A stretch of DNA of 64,000 nucleotides from Vicinamibacteria bacterium (lineage in GTDB: Bacteria; Acidobacteriota; Vicinamibacteria; Marinacidobacterales; Marinacidobacteraceae): assembly GCA_965199715.1 (NCBI GenBank), contig OZ241322.1, positions 768,001 through 832,000 of the forward strand. Reading direction: 5' to 3'. Below are positions 47,605-58,176 of the stretch, piece by piece; positions within the stretch are counted from its first letter, which is position 1, and the number at the start of each line of letters is the position of its first letter. Made by a program: the position numbers and the translations under genes. The notes under the pieces are model-generated. The model was not told the origin of the DNA. It made no database searches and saw only the letters and a list, made by a program, of their open reading frames with translations.

Positions 47605-50517
47605 CTACTCCTCGTTCAGCACCTCGAGCGCCTCCCGGATGATCCCGGTGAGCCGCTCCGCTTCGTCCCGGTGGAGCGGCTCCGGCGGATGCAGCGTTCC
47701 CTGCCGGACGGCGTCGCCGGTGAAGCCCCCGTAGAGGCGGGCGAGACGGGCGAGCGCGGAGGGGTTGCGGAACCCGCCGGTCGGGCTGAGTTGGTCGAGC
47801 GCCTCCTGCGCCTCGTCGCTCAGGTCGTCCTCGCCCTCGAGGCCCGCCGCGACCGCGCACGCCTCCATGACCGTCGCGTGGATCTCCTCGAGGAACTCCG
47901 AACGCTCCGCGTACTGCTCCTCGGTCACGGTCTGGCCGGCGTCGAGGACGACCTCGATCGGGGCCGTGCGGGTCGCGGTCTCGGTCTGGAGGCGCGCCTG
48001 CCAGGCGCCGGTCGCGACCCGCGGCCCGGCGATGCGGCAAACCCCCGGCGCGTCCTCGGCTCCGCCAGCGCGGCGCAGGTCCCAGGCCACGCGCTGGAAG
48101 CCGCGCCGCTCCTCCACCTCCACGTCGGCGACGACGTTCTCGTCCTCGTCGAGGATCTGCAGCGAGACCGGCGCCATCGAGTCGGGGGTGGTCAGGTACA
48201 CGGTGAGCAGCGCCCCGTACGGCGGGTTCTCGCCGGCGTAACGAGCCTGCGCCTCGTAGCTCTCGTCCTTCCACGGCAGGAACACCTCGGCCGGCTTCGG
48301 CTCGAAGAGGAGCGAGCCGTCGGTCGTGCGCCGCGCGATCGGGCCGCTGTCGTCGAGGATGTAGATGGACCGCCCGTGGGTGCCGAAGACGAGATCCAGC
48401 TCGGTGGGGTGGATCTCGACGTCATCGACGGGGACGTCGGGAAGCCCGCCGGCGAACCGGACCCACGACCGGCCCCGGTCGAAGGTGATCGACGCGCCGG
48501 CCTCGGTGCCCGCGATCAGCACGTTCTCGCCGGCGGGGTGCTCGACGATGTCGTTCACCCACGCCCGGGGGAGCCCGAGCGAGATCGGGCTGAAGCGTCC
48601 GCCGCGGTTCTCGGAAACGAGGACGTAACCCGAGAAGTCGCCGGACTGGTGGCGGTCGATGGCGACGTAGAGCCGGTCCTCCCGGTGCGCCGAGGGGGTG
48701 ATCCGGCTGATCGCGTGCCGCTGGGTGTCGAGCGGCAGGTTCCGCTCCACGAATCTCCACGACTCGCCGCCGTCTTCGGACCGGGCCAGCCGGCCGTCGT
48801 CGGTGCCGACGTAGATGAGCCCCGCCACGAGCGGCGACTCGGCGAGCGTCGTGATGGTTCCCCACGCCGCGACGCCGTCGTGCATCGACAGCATTCCCTC
48901 CGCCGGGCGCACGCCGAGGATCGGCAGCTCGCTGCGGTCCTCGCTGCGGGTGAGGTCCTCGCTGGCGGTCCACGTGCCGCCGAGGTCGTCCGACGCGAAG
49001 AAGCGGTTTCCGCCGACGAAGATGCGCCCCGGCTCGTGCGTGGAGGAGGCGATCGGCGAGAGCCAGTGGAAGCGGTAGCGATTCTCGTCCGGCCCCGGCG
49101 TCGGGCGGATCGACATCCGGTTCCCGGTGCGGACGTCCAGCCGGACGAACCCGCCGTTCTGCGACGAGGTGATCGCGGTTCCGGCCACGCCGGGAACCGA
49201 CTCCTGATCCATGCCGTCGCCGAAGTTGATCTGGATCCAGTCGCTGTTCAGGATCCCGGCCTGCCGGCGGGTCTGCGACGGCCCCATCCACGAATGGGTG
49301 TCCTGCGCGCCCGCGTAGATGTTGTAGGGGGTCTCCGCATCCAGCGAGATCGCGTAGAACTGGGCGAGCGGGATGTTGTTCAGCTTCCGCCACGACCTGC
49401 CGCGGTCCCACGACTCGTGGACGCCGCCGTCGTTGCCGAGCAGGAGGTGGTGGTTCTCCTCGGGATCGACCCACAGCGCGTGGTGGTCCCCGTGCACCCC
49501 GATGTCGTAGGTCGGGGTCATGTCCTCGTTGCGCGTGAACGTCTCGCCGTGGTCGTCCGAGTAGTAGAACGCGGACCCCAGCACGTACACCCGCGCGTCG
49601 TCCACCGGGTCCACCTCGATGTGCGAGTAGTACATCGGGCGCGGGTTCAGGTCGTTCACCTTCGCCCAGTTCTGCCCCCGGTCCGGAGACCGGTACGTGC
49701 CCGACTCGGTCGCGTGCTCGATGGTCGCGAAGAGGACCGCCGGGTTCGACGCGGCCACCTCGACGCCGATCCGTCCCAGCGGGCCCTCGGGGATCCCGTT
49801 CTCGAGACGGTCCCAGGCGTCGCCGCCGTCGAAGGTGCGCCAGAGCCCGCCTTCGGGGCCGCCGCCGTTGAACCCCCACGCCGTCCTCCGGCGGGTGTAC
49901 ACGGCCGCGTAGAGGATCGTGGGATCGGTGGGATCCATCTCGATATCGACGGCGCCGGTGTCCGCCGAGATGTCGAGGACGTGCTCCCAGGTCTCGCCGG
50001 CGTCCGACGTCCGAAAGACGCCGCGCTGTCCGCCGGAGCGCCACAGCGGCCCAAGCGCCGCGACATAGACGAGATCGGGATCCTCCGGGTGGACGAGGAT
50101 GCGGCCGACGTGTTCGGACTGCGCGAGTCCGACGTTCTCGAACGTGTCCCCGCCGTCGCGCGAGAGATAGATCCCGTTGCCGAAGGAGGAGCTCTGACGG
50201 TTCGTCGGCTCGCCGGTCCCGACCCAGATCGTCTGCGGGTCGGACGGCGCGACCTCGACGGCTCCGAGCGAGGTCGTCCCGTAGTGGTCGAAGATGGAGT
50301 CCCAGGTGATCCCGTTGTTGCGGGTGCGGAACAGGCCGCCCGACGCCGTGGCCACGTAGAAGTGGTGGGGCCGTCCGGGAACCACGGCGAGGTCGGTGAC
50401 GCGCCCGGCCATCACCGCCGGACCGATCGCGCGCAGCGGGAGGTCGTCGAAGGCCTCCGTCTGGGCGGCGGCCGGAGCGGCGAGGAGAAGCGAGGCGAGC
50501 AGGGCGAGCCGGGTCAT
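47605..50517 (-). CDS. Secreted BNR/Asp-box (VPS10/sortilin-like) repeat glycosyl hydrolase-like protein
   Basis: Signal peptide, RAIGPAVMAGRV, many S.DGG.TW boxes, HGDHH, GNDGG, THGRS and ENPP motifs. Confidence 0.88.
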   Translation of the reverse strand: MTRLALLASLLLAAPAAAQTEAFDDLPLRAIGPAVMAGRVTDLAVVPGRPHHFYVATASGGLFRTRNNGITWDSIFDHYGTTSLGAVEVAPSDPQTIWVGTGEPTNRQSSSFGNGIYLSRDGGDTFENVGLAQSEHVGRILVHPEDPDLVYVAALGPLWRSGGQRGVFRTSDAGETWEHVLDISADTGAVDIEMDPTDPTILYAAVYTRRRTAWGFNGGGPEGGLWRTFDGGDAWDRLENGIPEGPLGRIGVEVAASNPAVLFATIEHATESGTYRSPDRGQNWAKVNDLNPRPMYYSHIEVDPVDDARVYVLGSAFYYSDDHGETFTRNEDMTPTYDIGVHGDHHALWVDPEENHHLLLGNDGGVHESWDRGRSWRKLNNIPLAQFYAISLDAETPYNIYAGAQDTHSWMGPSQTRRQAGILNSDWIQINFGDGMDQESVPGVAGTAITSSQNGGFVRLDVRTGNRMSIRPTPGPDENRYRFHWLSPIASSTHEPGRIFVGGNRFFASDDLGGTWTASEDLTRSEDRSELPILGVRPAEGMLSMHDGVAAWGTITTLAESPLVAGLIYVGTDDGRLARSEDGGESWRFVERNLPLDTQRHAISRITPSAHREDRLYVAIDRHQSGDFSGYVLVSENRGGRFSPISLGLPRAWVNDIVEHPAGENVLIAGTEAGASITFDRGRSWVRFAGGLPDVPVDDVEIHPTELDLVFGTHGRSIYILDDSGPIARRTTDGSLLFEPKPAEVFLPWKDESYEAQARYAGENPPYGALLTVYLTTPDSMAPVSLQILDEDENVVADVEVEERRGFQRVAWDLRRAGGAEDAPGVCRIAGPRVATGAWQARLQTETATRTAPIEVVLDAGQTVTEEQYAERSEFLEEIHATVMEACAVAAGLEGEDDLSDEAQEALDQLSPTGGFRNPSALARLARLYGGFTGDAVRQGTLHPPEPLHRDEAERLTGIIREALEVLNEE

Positions 50518-51590
50518 GGCGAATCCTTGGGCGCGGTTCCGGCGAGCCGGAGCGTGACGGCCGCGAGCGCCACCCGCGGCGGAACCGAAGTGGACTTCAA
50601 CTTGTGGTCAACATCCGCGATCTGGATGAGGAGGATTCCGAGCGCCTGCCGGTCGAAGCGAGAAGCCGCCCGGGCGATCCGATCGCCGACGGCGGTCGGA
50701 ACTCCGAGAAGCTCGTGGACGGATTCGCCCCGGGGAGCGAAGCGCACGATCTGGATGCGCACGGCTAGATTGTAAAGAAGGTTCAAGAGCGCAAGCGGCG
50801 ATTCCCCCTCGGCGAGCAGCGAATCGAGCAGCGCGAGCGCCTCCGCCGGGCGCCCGGCCTCGACCGCGTTCGAGAACCGGAAGCGGTCGCGGGCGCTCCC
50901 CTCGCCGAGGAGCCCGCTCAGGTCGTCGAGCGTCGGCTTGCCGTCGGAGGACCAGACCGAGAGCTTCTCCAGCTCGTTGTGGATGCGGCGGACGTCGCGG
51001 CCGAACCGCGAAACCAGCAGCGCCGCCGCGCCCTTCGGGAGGGTCAGCCGGAACGAGGCGGCGTGACGGGAGATCCACGAACCGAGCGCCCGTTCCGGCG
51101 GCGGGTCGCAGTCGAACGCACGCAGATGGCCGGCCTTCACGGCGGCCCGAAGCGCCTTCTCGATCGCCGACCACTCCTGCCCCGGACTCTTCTCCCACTC
51201 GAGGATCAGGACCGCCGACTTCGGCGCCTTCACGAGCTCCGGGAAGACATCGTACAAGCGCTTCTTCCTGTCCGGACGGGTCAGCCGGACCGAATCGCGG
51301 ACCACGACCACCGAGCCGCCGCTGAACCCCGCCGACCGGACCGCGCCGAGGACGTCGTCGCGCGAGGCCGTGGCGCCGTTCAGCCGGCGGAGGCGGAACG
51401 AGGTCTCGCCGTCCTTGCCGAGGTGGTGCCGGACGCAGTGGCGGATGACCCGCTGGCGCAGCCAACTGTCCGAGCCGCCCACGAGCACCACGCTGGGAGT
51501 GCCGGGCGGAGGCAGTTTCGGGGCGCGGCTCGCCGCCGAGACCGGCGCGAGCGCCCGGAAGCGGTCCGAAAAGCCCTTCCCCCGGGCCAT
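50514..51590 (-). CDS. holA: DNA polymerase III subunit delta
   Basis: NELEKL, GESPLALL and ADVDHKLKS motifs; conserved leuS-lptE-holA order. Confidence 0.85.
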   Translation of the reverse strand: MARGKGFSDRFRALAPVSAASRAPKLPPPGTPSVVLVGGSDSWLRQRVIRHCVRHHLGKDGETSFRLRRLNGATASRDDVLGAVRSAGFSGGSVVVVRDSVRLTRPDRKKRLYDVFPELVKAPKSAVLILEWEKSPGQEWSAIEKALRAAVKAGHLRAFDCDPPPERALGSWISRHAASFRLTLPKGAAALLVSRFGRDVRRIHNELEKLSVWSSDGKPTLDDLSGLLGEGSARDRFRFSNAVEAGRPAEALALLDSLLAEGESPLALLNLLYNLAVRIQIVRFAPRGESVHELLGVPTAVGDRIARAASRFDRQALGILLIQIADVDHKLKSTSVPPRVALAAVTLRLAGTAPKDSP

Positions 51591-52105
51591 CAGAAGCCCT
51601 CGAGGATGGCCACGACGAGCGAGTCGGCGAACGCCTGCGAGATGCGCCTGAACGCGAGGCCCTCGCGGTCGAACGCCGCGTCGGGGTCGTCCCCGATCGC
51701 GAACTCGTCGCGCAGCGTGAACTCCTCGGCGGAGAACAGCTCCACGTCGTTCACCACGTCCTCGAGGACGACCTCGGCGCGCACGACCACAAGATACGTG
51801 GAAGCGACCCCGGACGCCGAATCAAGCTGGGCCGGCGAGAAGTCCACGCTGTTGATCGTCGCCCGCAGCACCGCCTGCGCCCCCTCCTCGAAGTCCTGGA
51901 CGTCGAAGCCGCCGCGCCGCTGGAACAGTTCGATCAGCGCGTCGGTCATGCCGTCCTCGATCTCGGGGAACGCGCTCTCGTTGGTGAACGGCGGGACGCC
52001 GAGGATCTCGACGTGCCCCGGAAGCCCGCCGCCGACTCCGGCGAGGCGGTAGCCGCACCCGGCGAGAAGAAGGATCGCCGCGGCTCCGGCGCGGGTCCGG
52101 CTCAC
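51590..52105 (-). CDS. lptE: LPS-assembly lipoprotein LptE
   Basis: Lipobox LAGCGY, VPPFTNES; located between leuS and holA. Confidence 0.85.
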   Translation of the reverse strand: MSRTRAGAAAILLLAGCGYRLAGVGGGLPGHVEILGVPPFTNESAFPEIEDGMTDALIELFQRRGGFDVQDFEEGAQAVLRATINSVDFSPAQLDSASGVASTYLVVVRAEVVLEDVVNDVELFSAEEFTLRDEFAIGDDPDAAFDREGLAFRRISQAFADSLVVAILEGF

Positions 52106-54567
52106 CGGACCACGAGGTTCACGAGCCGGTCGGGCACGACGATCACCCGGGCGAACTCCCGTCCGGCGACGGCGCGGACCACCCCCGGATGCTCCTTCGC
52201 CAGCTCGCCGAGGCGGTCGCGCTCGAGCCCGACCGGCGCCTTGATCCGGGCGCGGAGCTTGCCGTTGACCTGGACCGCGACCTCGACCTCCTCCTCCCGG
52301 GCGAGATCCTCGTGGCACTCCGGCCACGGCGCTTCGACCAGCATGCCCTCTCCGCCGAGCCGCTCCCACAGCTCCTCGGTCAGGTGGGGAGCCATCGGGT
52401 TGAGGAGCGTCAGGATGGTCTCGGCCGCCTCCCGCGCCGCGCGCCGCGCGCCATCCGTCTCGGCCTTCGGCAGGCGGGCGTGGAGCGCGTTCCACAGCTC
52501 CATGATCCGGGCGATCGCGGTGTTCGGATGGATGCGCTCGCCGAGGTCCCGGGTGACCGCCGCGATCGTCTGATGCGTCCGCCGGCGGAGCGCGACGTCC
52601 TCGGGAGCGAAGTCCTCGTCGCCCGACGGCGGCTGCGTCGAGGCGAGCCACGGAGCGTCGCCGGGAAAGGCGCGGTCAAGGCGGCGGAGGAAGCGGGCCG
52701 GCCCGCCCAGGCGGGCGTCGGTCCAGTCCATTTCCTTCTCGGGCGGCGCCTCGAACAGGACGTAGAGCCGGATCGCGTCGGCCCCGTGCTTCTCGACGGC
52801 CTCGTCGGGATCCACGACGTTCCCCTTGCTCTTGGACATCTTGGCCCCGTCCTTGACGACCATGCCCTGGCTGAGCTGGCGGACCACCGGCTCCTTCACA
52901 TGCACGAGGCCGAGGTCGTGCATCATCCGGGTCCAGAAGCGGCAGTAGATCAAGTGGAGGATGGCGTGCTCCACGCCGCCGATGTAGAGGTCGATCGGGA
53001 ACCACGCCCGCGCCCGCTCGGCGTCGAACGGCGCCTCGTCGTTCCGCGCGTCGAGGTAGCGGTAGAAGTACCAGGACGAATCCACGAAGGTGTCCATCGT
53101 GTCCGTCTCGCGCCGGGCGGCCTTGCCGCACCGGGGGCAGTCCACTTCGAGGAACGCGGCGCTGCGGGCGAGGGCCGAGCCGCCCTTGCCGGTGATCTCG
53201 ACGTCCCGCGGAAGCTCGACCGGAAGGTCCGCCTCCGGCACCGGAACCGCGTCGCAGTCGTCGCAGTGGATCATCGGGATCGGCGTGCCCCAGTACCGCT
53301 GGCGCGAAACGCCCCAGTCGCGGAAGCGCCAGGTGGTCCGAGCCTCGCCGAAGCCCTCCGCCGCCGCGTGCGCGGTCATCGCGTCGCGCGCCTCCTCGGT
53401 GGGCAACCCGCTGAACCAGCCCGAGTCCACGACGGTGCCGTACTCGACGAAGGCCGCGTCCTGGTTGTCCGCCTCGCCGTCCGAGTCGTTCGGGACGACC
53501 ACGGTGCGGATCTCGAGGCCGTAGCGGCGGGCGAACTCGTGGTCGCGCTCGTCGTGCGCCGGAACCGCCATGACCGCCCCGGTCCCGTACTCCATGAGCA
53601 CGTAGTCGCCGACCCAGATCGGGATCTCCTCGCCGGAGAAGGGGTTCACCGCCCGGACCGGGGTCGGGACGCCGGTCTTCCCGACCTCGAGCCGATCGCT
53701 TCCGGCGCGGTGCGCCTCGACCCGGGCCACGTATTCGCGCACCTGCGAGTCGTCTTTCGCGATCTCCTCGGTCGCCGGATGCTGCGGCGCGAGGACCAGC
53801 GCGGTGGCCCCGTAGATGGTGTCCACCCGGGTGGTGAAGACCGCGATCTCCCGGTCCAGCGCCGGAACCCGGAAGCGGACCTCGGCGCCGGTGGAGCGTC
53901 CGATCCAGTTCCGCTGGAGCGTGCGGACGGTCTGGGGCCAGCCGGGCATGCCGTCGAGCGCGTCGAGGAGGTCGGGCGCGTAGTCGGTGATGCGCAGGAA
54001 CCACTGCGGCAGCTCGCGCAGCTCGACCGGCGAGTCGCAGCGCCAGCAGGCGTCGGCGACGACCTGTTCGTTCGCGAGCACGGTCTCGCAGTCGGGGCAC
54101 CAGTTGACTTCGCCGTTCTTCCGATAGGCGAGGCCCTTCTCCCACATCTTGAGGAAGAACCACTGGTTCCAGCGGTAATAGGAGGGATCGCAGGTGGCGA
54201 ACTCCCGGTCCCAGTCGTAGCCGAAGCCGAGCCGCCGGAGCTGGCGACGCATGTGGTCGATGTTCTCGTGGGTCCAATCGTGCGGGTGCGCGCCCTGCTT
54301 CAGCGCCGCGTTCTCGGCCGGCAACCCGAGCGCGTCCCACCCGATCGGGTGCATCACCGAAAAGCCGCGCCGCTTCAGGAAGCGGGCGACCGCGTCGCCA
54401 ATCGTGTAGTTCCGCACATGGCCCATGTGGATGCGCCCGGACGGATAGGGCAGCATCTCGAGGCAGTAGAAGCGCGGCCCGTCGGGGACGTCCGGCGCGC
54501 GGAAGGCCCCCGCCTTCTCCCAGCGCTCCTGCCAGCGCAGCTCGATGCTCTCGTGGTTCGCGCTCAT
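52102..54567 (-). CDS. leuS: Leucine--tRNA ligase
   Basis: PYPSGRIHMGH, FTTR editing domain, SRQRYWG, DTMDTF and KMSKS motifs. Confidence 0.97.
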   Translation of the reverse strand: MSANHESIELRWQERWEKAGAFRAPDVPDGPRFYCLEMLPYPSGRIHMGHVRNYTIGDAVARFLKRRGFSVMHPIGWDALGLPAENAALKQGAHPHDWTHENIDHMRRQLRRLGFGYDWDREFATCDPSYYRWNQWFFLKMWEKGLAYRKNGEVNWCPDCETVLANEQVVADACWRCDSPVELRELPQWFLRITDYAPDLLDALDGMPGWPQTVRTLQRNWIGRSTGAEVRFRVPALDREIAVFTTRVDTIYGATALVLAPQHPATEEIAKDDSQVREYVARVEAHRAGSDRLEVGKTGVPTPVRAVNPFSGEEIPIWVGDYVLMEYGTGAVMAVPAHDERDHEFARRYGLEIRTVVVPNDSDGEADNQDAAFVEYGTVVDSGWFSGLPTEEARDAMTAHAAAEGFGEARTTWRFRDWGVSRQRYWGTPIPMIHCDDCDAVPVPEADLPVELPRDVEITGKGGSALARSAAFLEVDCPRCGKAARRETDTMDTFVDSSWYFYRYLDARNDEAPFDAERARAWFPIDLYIGGVEHAILHLIYCRFWTRMMHDLGLVHVKEPVVRQLSQGMVVKDGAKMSKSKGNVVDPDEAVEKHGADAIRLYVLFEAPPEKEMDWTDARLGGPARFLRRLDRAFPGDAPWLASTQPPSGDEDFAPEDVALRRRTHQTIAAVTRDLGERIHPNTAIARIMELWNALHARLPKAETDGARRAAREAAETILTLLNPMAPHLTEELWERLGGEGMLVEAPWPECHEDLAREEEVEVAVQVNGKLRARIKAPVGLERDRLGELAKEHPGVVRAVAGREFARVIVVPDRLVNLVVR

Positions 54568-55601
54568 GTCGGGTCGGTCGGCGCCGGAGTGTAGCCGCCT
54601 CCGGCGAGGGTCTTGGCGAGCAGCGAGCCGCTCGGAATCCGGTCGAGGTCGGCCTCGGAAACGAAGCGTCCGGGCGGCGGTTTCGGGCCGTCGAGCGCGG
54701 CCCGGAACGGGATGACTCGATACCGGCGATTCATGATCGCGTGCCGGAATTCCGGCAGCGGCGCGAGGCCGCGGACGCGCATCCCGTAGCCCCGCGCGAC
54801 CCGTCGAAGCGCGGCCTCGGGCTCCTCGCCGGGGCGGCACGCGCCGCCAGGAAGCTCCCACATTCCTTCGAGCGGCGGCTCGGTCCGACGGAACACGAGC
54901 ACCCGGCCCTCGGCGTCCGCGACCACCGCCTCGACGAACCGCACCCGCTCGGGGCTCGGGCGCGGCGGCCGCTCGGGATATGCATCGACGCAGCCCTCGG
55001 CGCGGGCCGCGCAGACGCTCTCGACGGGGCATGCGCCGCAGCGCGGGGAGCGGGGAAGGCAGACGAGCGCGCCGAGCTCCATGAGCGCCTGGTTCCACTC
55101 GCCGGGATCCTCCGCGCCGCCCGACTCCATCAGCCGCGCCGCGGCGGAGCGCACGTCCCGGCCGGAGATCCGGAACCAGCGCGCGAGCACCCGGACGACG
55201 TTGCCGTCAATCGCCGGGACCGGCTCGCCGAAGGCGATCGAGGCCACGGCGGAAGCGGTGTACTCCCCGACTCCGGGGAGTTCCTTCAGGCCCGCGGCGT
55301 CGCGGGGGAAGCCGTCCGCCTCGATCATGCGGGCCGTTCGGTGGAGGAACCGGGCGCGCCGGTAGTAGCCGAGCCCCGACCACGCGGCCACGGCGTCGTC
55401 CTCGGCGACTCGGGCGAGGCTCGCCGGATCGGGAAAGCGCTCCACGAAGGCCCGGTAGCGGTGCTCCATGGCCCGGACCCGAGTCTGCTGCAGCATGAAC
55501 TCGGACACGAGGACGCGCCACGGGTCGGGCCCGTCGCGGAAGGCGAGCGGACGCCGGCGGCGGCGGAACCAGTCCCGAAGCGCCCGCGCGGCGTCCGTCA
55601 G
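54564..55601 (-). CDS. mutY: A/G-specific adenine glycosylase (probable CTG start)
   Basis: VSEFMLQQT, WSGLGYY, LPGVGEYTA, DGNV and the 4Fe-4S motif CLPRSPRCGACPVESVC; C-terminal NUDIX-like domain. Confidence 0.92.
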   Translation of the reverse strand: MTDAARALRDWFRRRRRPLAFRDGPDPWRVLVSEFMLQQTRVRAMEHRYRAFVERFPDPASLARVAEDDAVAAWSGLGYYRRARFLHRTARMIEADGFPRDAAGLKELPGVGEYTASAVASIAFGEPVPAIDGNVVRVLARWFRISGRDVRSAAARLMESGGAEDPGEWNQALMELGALVCLPRSPRCGACPVESVCAARAEGCVDAYPERPPRPSPERVRFVEAVVADAEGRVLVFRRTEPPLEGMWELPGGACRPGEEPEAALRRVARGYGMRVRGLAPLPEFRHAIMNRRYRVIPFRAALDGPKPPPGRFVSEADLDRIPSGSLLAKTLAGGGYTPAPTDPT

Positions 55602-56599
55602 TCGAGCAGCGCCTCGCCGATCCGGCGGTAGTAGCCGACGGCGTCCACCAGATCGCTCTTCGCCACGGTCTCGTCGGCGGTGTGCGCGTCGTGAATGCTC
55701 CCCGGGCCGATCAGCAGCGGGACGCCCCAGCGGTCCATGAAGGGAATGTCGGTCGAGTACTTCACCGCGGTCGTCTCGAAGCCGGGGAGCGTGCGGCAGT
55801 GGACGGCGTCGTTCAGGCCGACCAGCTCGAAGCTGGTCCGCGGCTCGGCCCGAAGCAGCGACTCGACGCGCTGGCGGGCCGGATCGGCCTCGCCGACGAG
55901 CCGCCAGTAGAGCGTCGCGGCCGCGTGGGGCGCGAGCACGTTGCCCGCCACGCCGCCGGAGATCTCGCCCACGTTCAGGGTGACCTCGCCGAGCGCGCCG
56001 CGCTCCCATTCGAGGGCGCGGAGGCGCTCGAGGAGCCCGAGCAGCCGATGGATCGCCGAATCCCCGACCTCCGGGTAGGAGGAGTGCGCCGGAGTTCCCT
56101 CGATCTTGATCTTGATCCGCAGCGTGCCCTTGTGGCCGAGCGCCATGACGCCTTCGGTGGGCTCGCCGCAGACGAGGTGCCCGCGCCCGGAGCCGCGGGG
56201 ATTGAGGTGGATCGCTCCGGCGCTGTCCACCTCCTCGCCCACGGTGAACACGAGGCCGAGGCCGGTCGCGCCGGCGTCCACGAGCTCCCGCGCCGCGAAC
56301 AGCATCGAGGCGAGGACGCCCTTGGCGTCGCACGAGCCCCGCCCGCCGATGCGCGTCCCGGTCTCGTTCGAGGGGAAGAACGGCGGCACCGTGTCGAGGT
56401 GGGTGCAGAACCAGACGTTCGGCTCGCCGCCGGGATGGCGCGCGATCAGGTTCGGCCGGCCGGGAGCGATCTCGTCGCGCTCCACCGCGAGGCCGATGGC
56501 CTCGAGGTCGGCTCCCACGCGCTCGGCCACGGCCGCCTCGTCGCCGGTGACCGACGGGATGTCCACGATCTCGCGGACGTAGCGGAACAGCGCGTCCAT
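55598..56599 (-). CDS. M20A acetylornithine deacetylase/ArgE-like hydrolase
   Basis: THLDTVPP, GRGSCDAKG, GEE, GEPT and GPGSIHDAHT motifs. Confidence 0.88.
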   Translation of the reverse strand: MDALFRYVREIVDIPSVTGDEAAVAERVGADLEAIGLAVERDEIAPGRPNLIARHPGGEPNVWFCTHLDTVPPFFPSNETGTRIGGRGSCDAKGVLASMLFAARELVDAGATGLGLVFTVGEEVDSAGAIHLNPRGSGRGHLVCGEPTEGVMALGHKGTLRIKIKIEGTPAHSSYPEVGDSAIHRLLGLLERLRALEWERGALGEVTLNVGEISGGVAGNVLAPHAAATLYWRLVGEADPARQRVESLLRAEPRTSFELVGLNDAVHCRTLPGFETTAVKYSTDIPFMDRWGVPLLIGPGSIHDAHTADETVAKSDLVDAVGYYRRIGEALLD

Positions 56600-56602
56600 G
56601 GG

Positions 56603-57844
56603 TCAGCCCGCCTCGCCAATGATGAGCGAGGCGTTCATCCCGCCGAACCCGAAGGAGTTCGAGAGCATCGTCTCGAGGCGGGCCGGCCGGGCCTCGTTCG
56701 GCACCACGTCCAGTTGGCAATCGGGGTCCGGATCCTCGTAGTTGATCGTCGGGGTCATGACCTGGTGCTTGAGCGACAGGCAGCAGATCGCGGCCTCGAG
56801 CCCGCCGGCGGCGCCCAGCAGGTGCCCGGTCATGGACTTCGACGAGCTCACCGGCGTCCGGTCGAGCGCCTCGCCGAAGACCGTGCGCAGCGCCTTGGTC
56901 TCGGTGGCGTCGTTCAGCTTGGTGGAGGTGCCGTGGGCGTTCACCGCGCTGATCGCGGCGGGGTCGAGGCCGCTCTCGTCGAGCGCGGCGCGCATCGCCC
57001 GGACCGCGCCGTTTCCGTCTTCGGCGGGCGCGGTGGCGTGGAAGGCGTCCGCGCTCATGCCGTAGCCGAGGATTTCGGCGATCGGCTCGGCGCCGCGCCG
57101 AAGCGCGCGTTCGCGCTCCTCGAGGATGAGGACGCCGGCGCCCTCGCCCACGACGAAGCCGTCGCGCCCCCGGTCGAACGGTCGCGAGGCCCGCTCGGGC
57201 GCGTCGTTGCGGGTCGAGAGCGCCCGCATCGAGGCGAACCCGCCGACGCCGAGCGCGGTGATCGTGGCCTCGGCGCCGCCCGCCACCATCGCGTCGGCGT
57301 AGCCGTGGCGGATCTGGCGGAAGGCGTCGCCGATCGCGTGCGCGCCCGCGGCGCAGGCGGTCGCCGGAGCCGTGCTCGGCCCGGCGGCGCCGAAGCGGAT
57401 CGAGACCTGCCCGGCGGCGAGGTTCACGACCATCGCCGGAATGAAGAAGGGCGAGATCCGGCGCGGGCCGCGCTCGCGCAGCTTCGTGTGCTCGTTCTCG
57501 AAGGTCTCGAAGCCGCCGATGCCCGACGCGATGACGACCCCGACCCGGGCCGGGTCGGCGACGGGAAGCGCAAGCCCGGCGTCCTCCGCCGCCATGAGCG
57601 AGGCCGCCACCGCGAAGTGGGTGAAGCGGTCCATCTTGCGGACGTCCCGCCGCCCGATGAAGTCCGCGGGCTCGAATCCCTTGACCTCGCACGCGAACCG
57701 CACCGAGAAGGCCTCGGCGTCGAAACGGGTGATCGGCCCGGCGCCGGACCGGCCCGCGAGCAGGCCCTCCCACGTGGGGGCGGTCCCGACGCCGAGCGGC
57801 GAGATCGCCCCGACGCCGGTGACGACGACGCGTCTTGGGGTCAT
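56603..57844 (-). CDS. fabF: 3-oxoacyl-ACP synthase II
   Basis: [21 protein letters not shown] and NSFGFGG motifs. Confidence 0.96.
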   Translation of the reverse strand: MTPRRVVVTGVGAISPLGVGTAPTWEGLLAGRSGAGPITRFDAEAFSVRFACEVKGFEPADFIGRRDVRKMDRFTHFAVAASLMAAEDAGLALPVADPARVGVVIASGIGGFETFENEHTKLRERGPRRISPFFIPAMVVNLAAGQVSIRFGAAGPSTAPATACAAGAHAIGDAFRQIRHGYADAMVAGGAEATITALGVGGFASMRALSTRNDAPERASRPFDRGRDGFVVGEGAGVLILEERERALRRGAEPIAEILGYGMSADAFHATAPAEDGNGAVRAMRAALDESGLDPAAISAVNAHGTSTKLNDATETKALRTVFGEALDRTPVSSSKSMTGHLLGAAGGLEAAICCLSLKHQVMTPTINYEDPDPDCQLDVVPNEARPARLETMLSNSFGFGGMNASLIIGEAG

Positions 57845-57860
57845 GGCCTCCGGTTGCGGC

Positions 57861-58133
57861 TCAGCCCTTGAGCCGCTGCTCGATGAACCCGATCGAGTCG
57901 CCCACGTTCTGGATGCGCTCGGCCTGGTCCTCGGAGATCTCGATTCCGAACTCCTCCTCGAGCGCCATCATCAGCTCCACCATGTCGAGCGAGTCGGCGT
58001 TGAGGTCGTTCACGAAGGTGGCGTCGTCGGTCACCTCGGAGGCGGACACCGAGAGCTGTTCGCAGATGATCTCGGCCACTCGGTCGCGGATGGACTCCTC
58101 CGCCTCGGGCCGGCCGTTTGTTGTTTCGGACAT
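57861..58133 (-). CDS. acpP: Acyl carrier protein
   Basis: DLNADSLDMVELMMALEEEF. Confidence 0.96.
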   Translation of the reverse strand: MSETTNGRPEAEESIRDRVAEIICEQLSVSASEVTDDATFVNDLNADSLDMVELMMALEEEFGIEISEDQAERIQNVGDSIGFIEQRLKG

Positions 58134-58176
58134 GGGGTCTCCTGTGTCGGGATGCGGCGGCTGCGGCCTCCGCGGG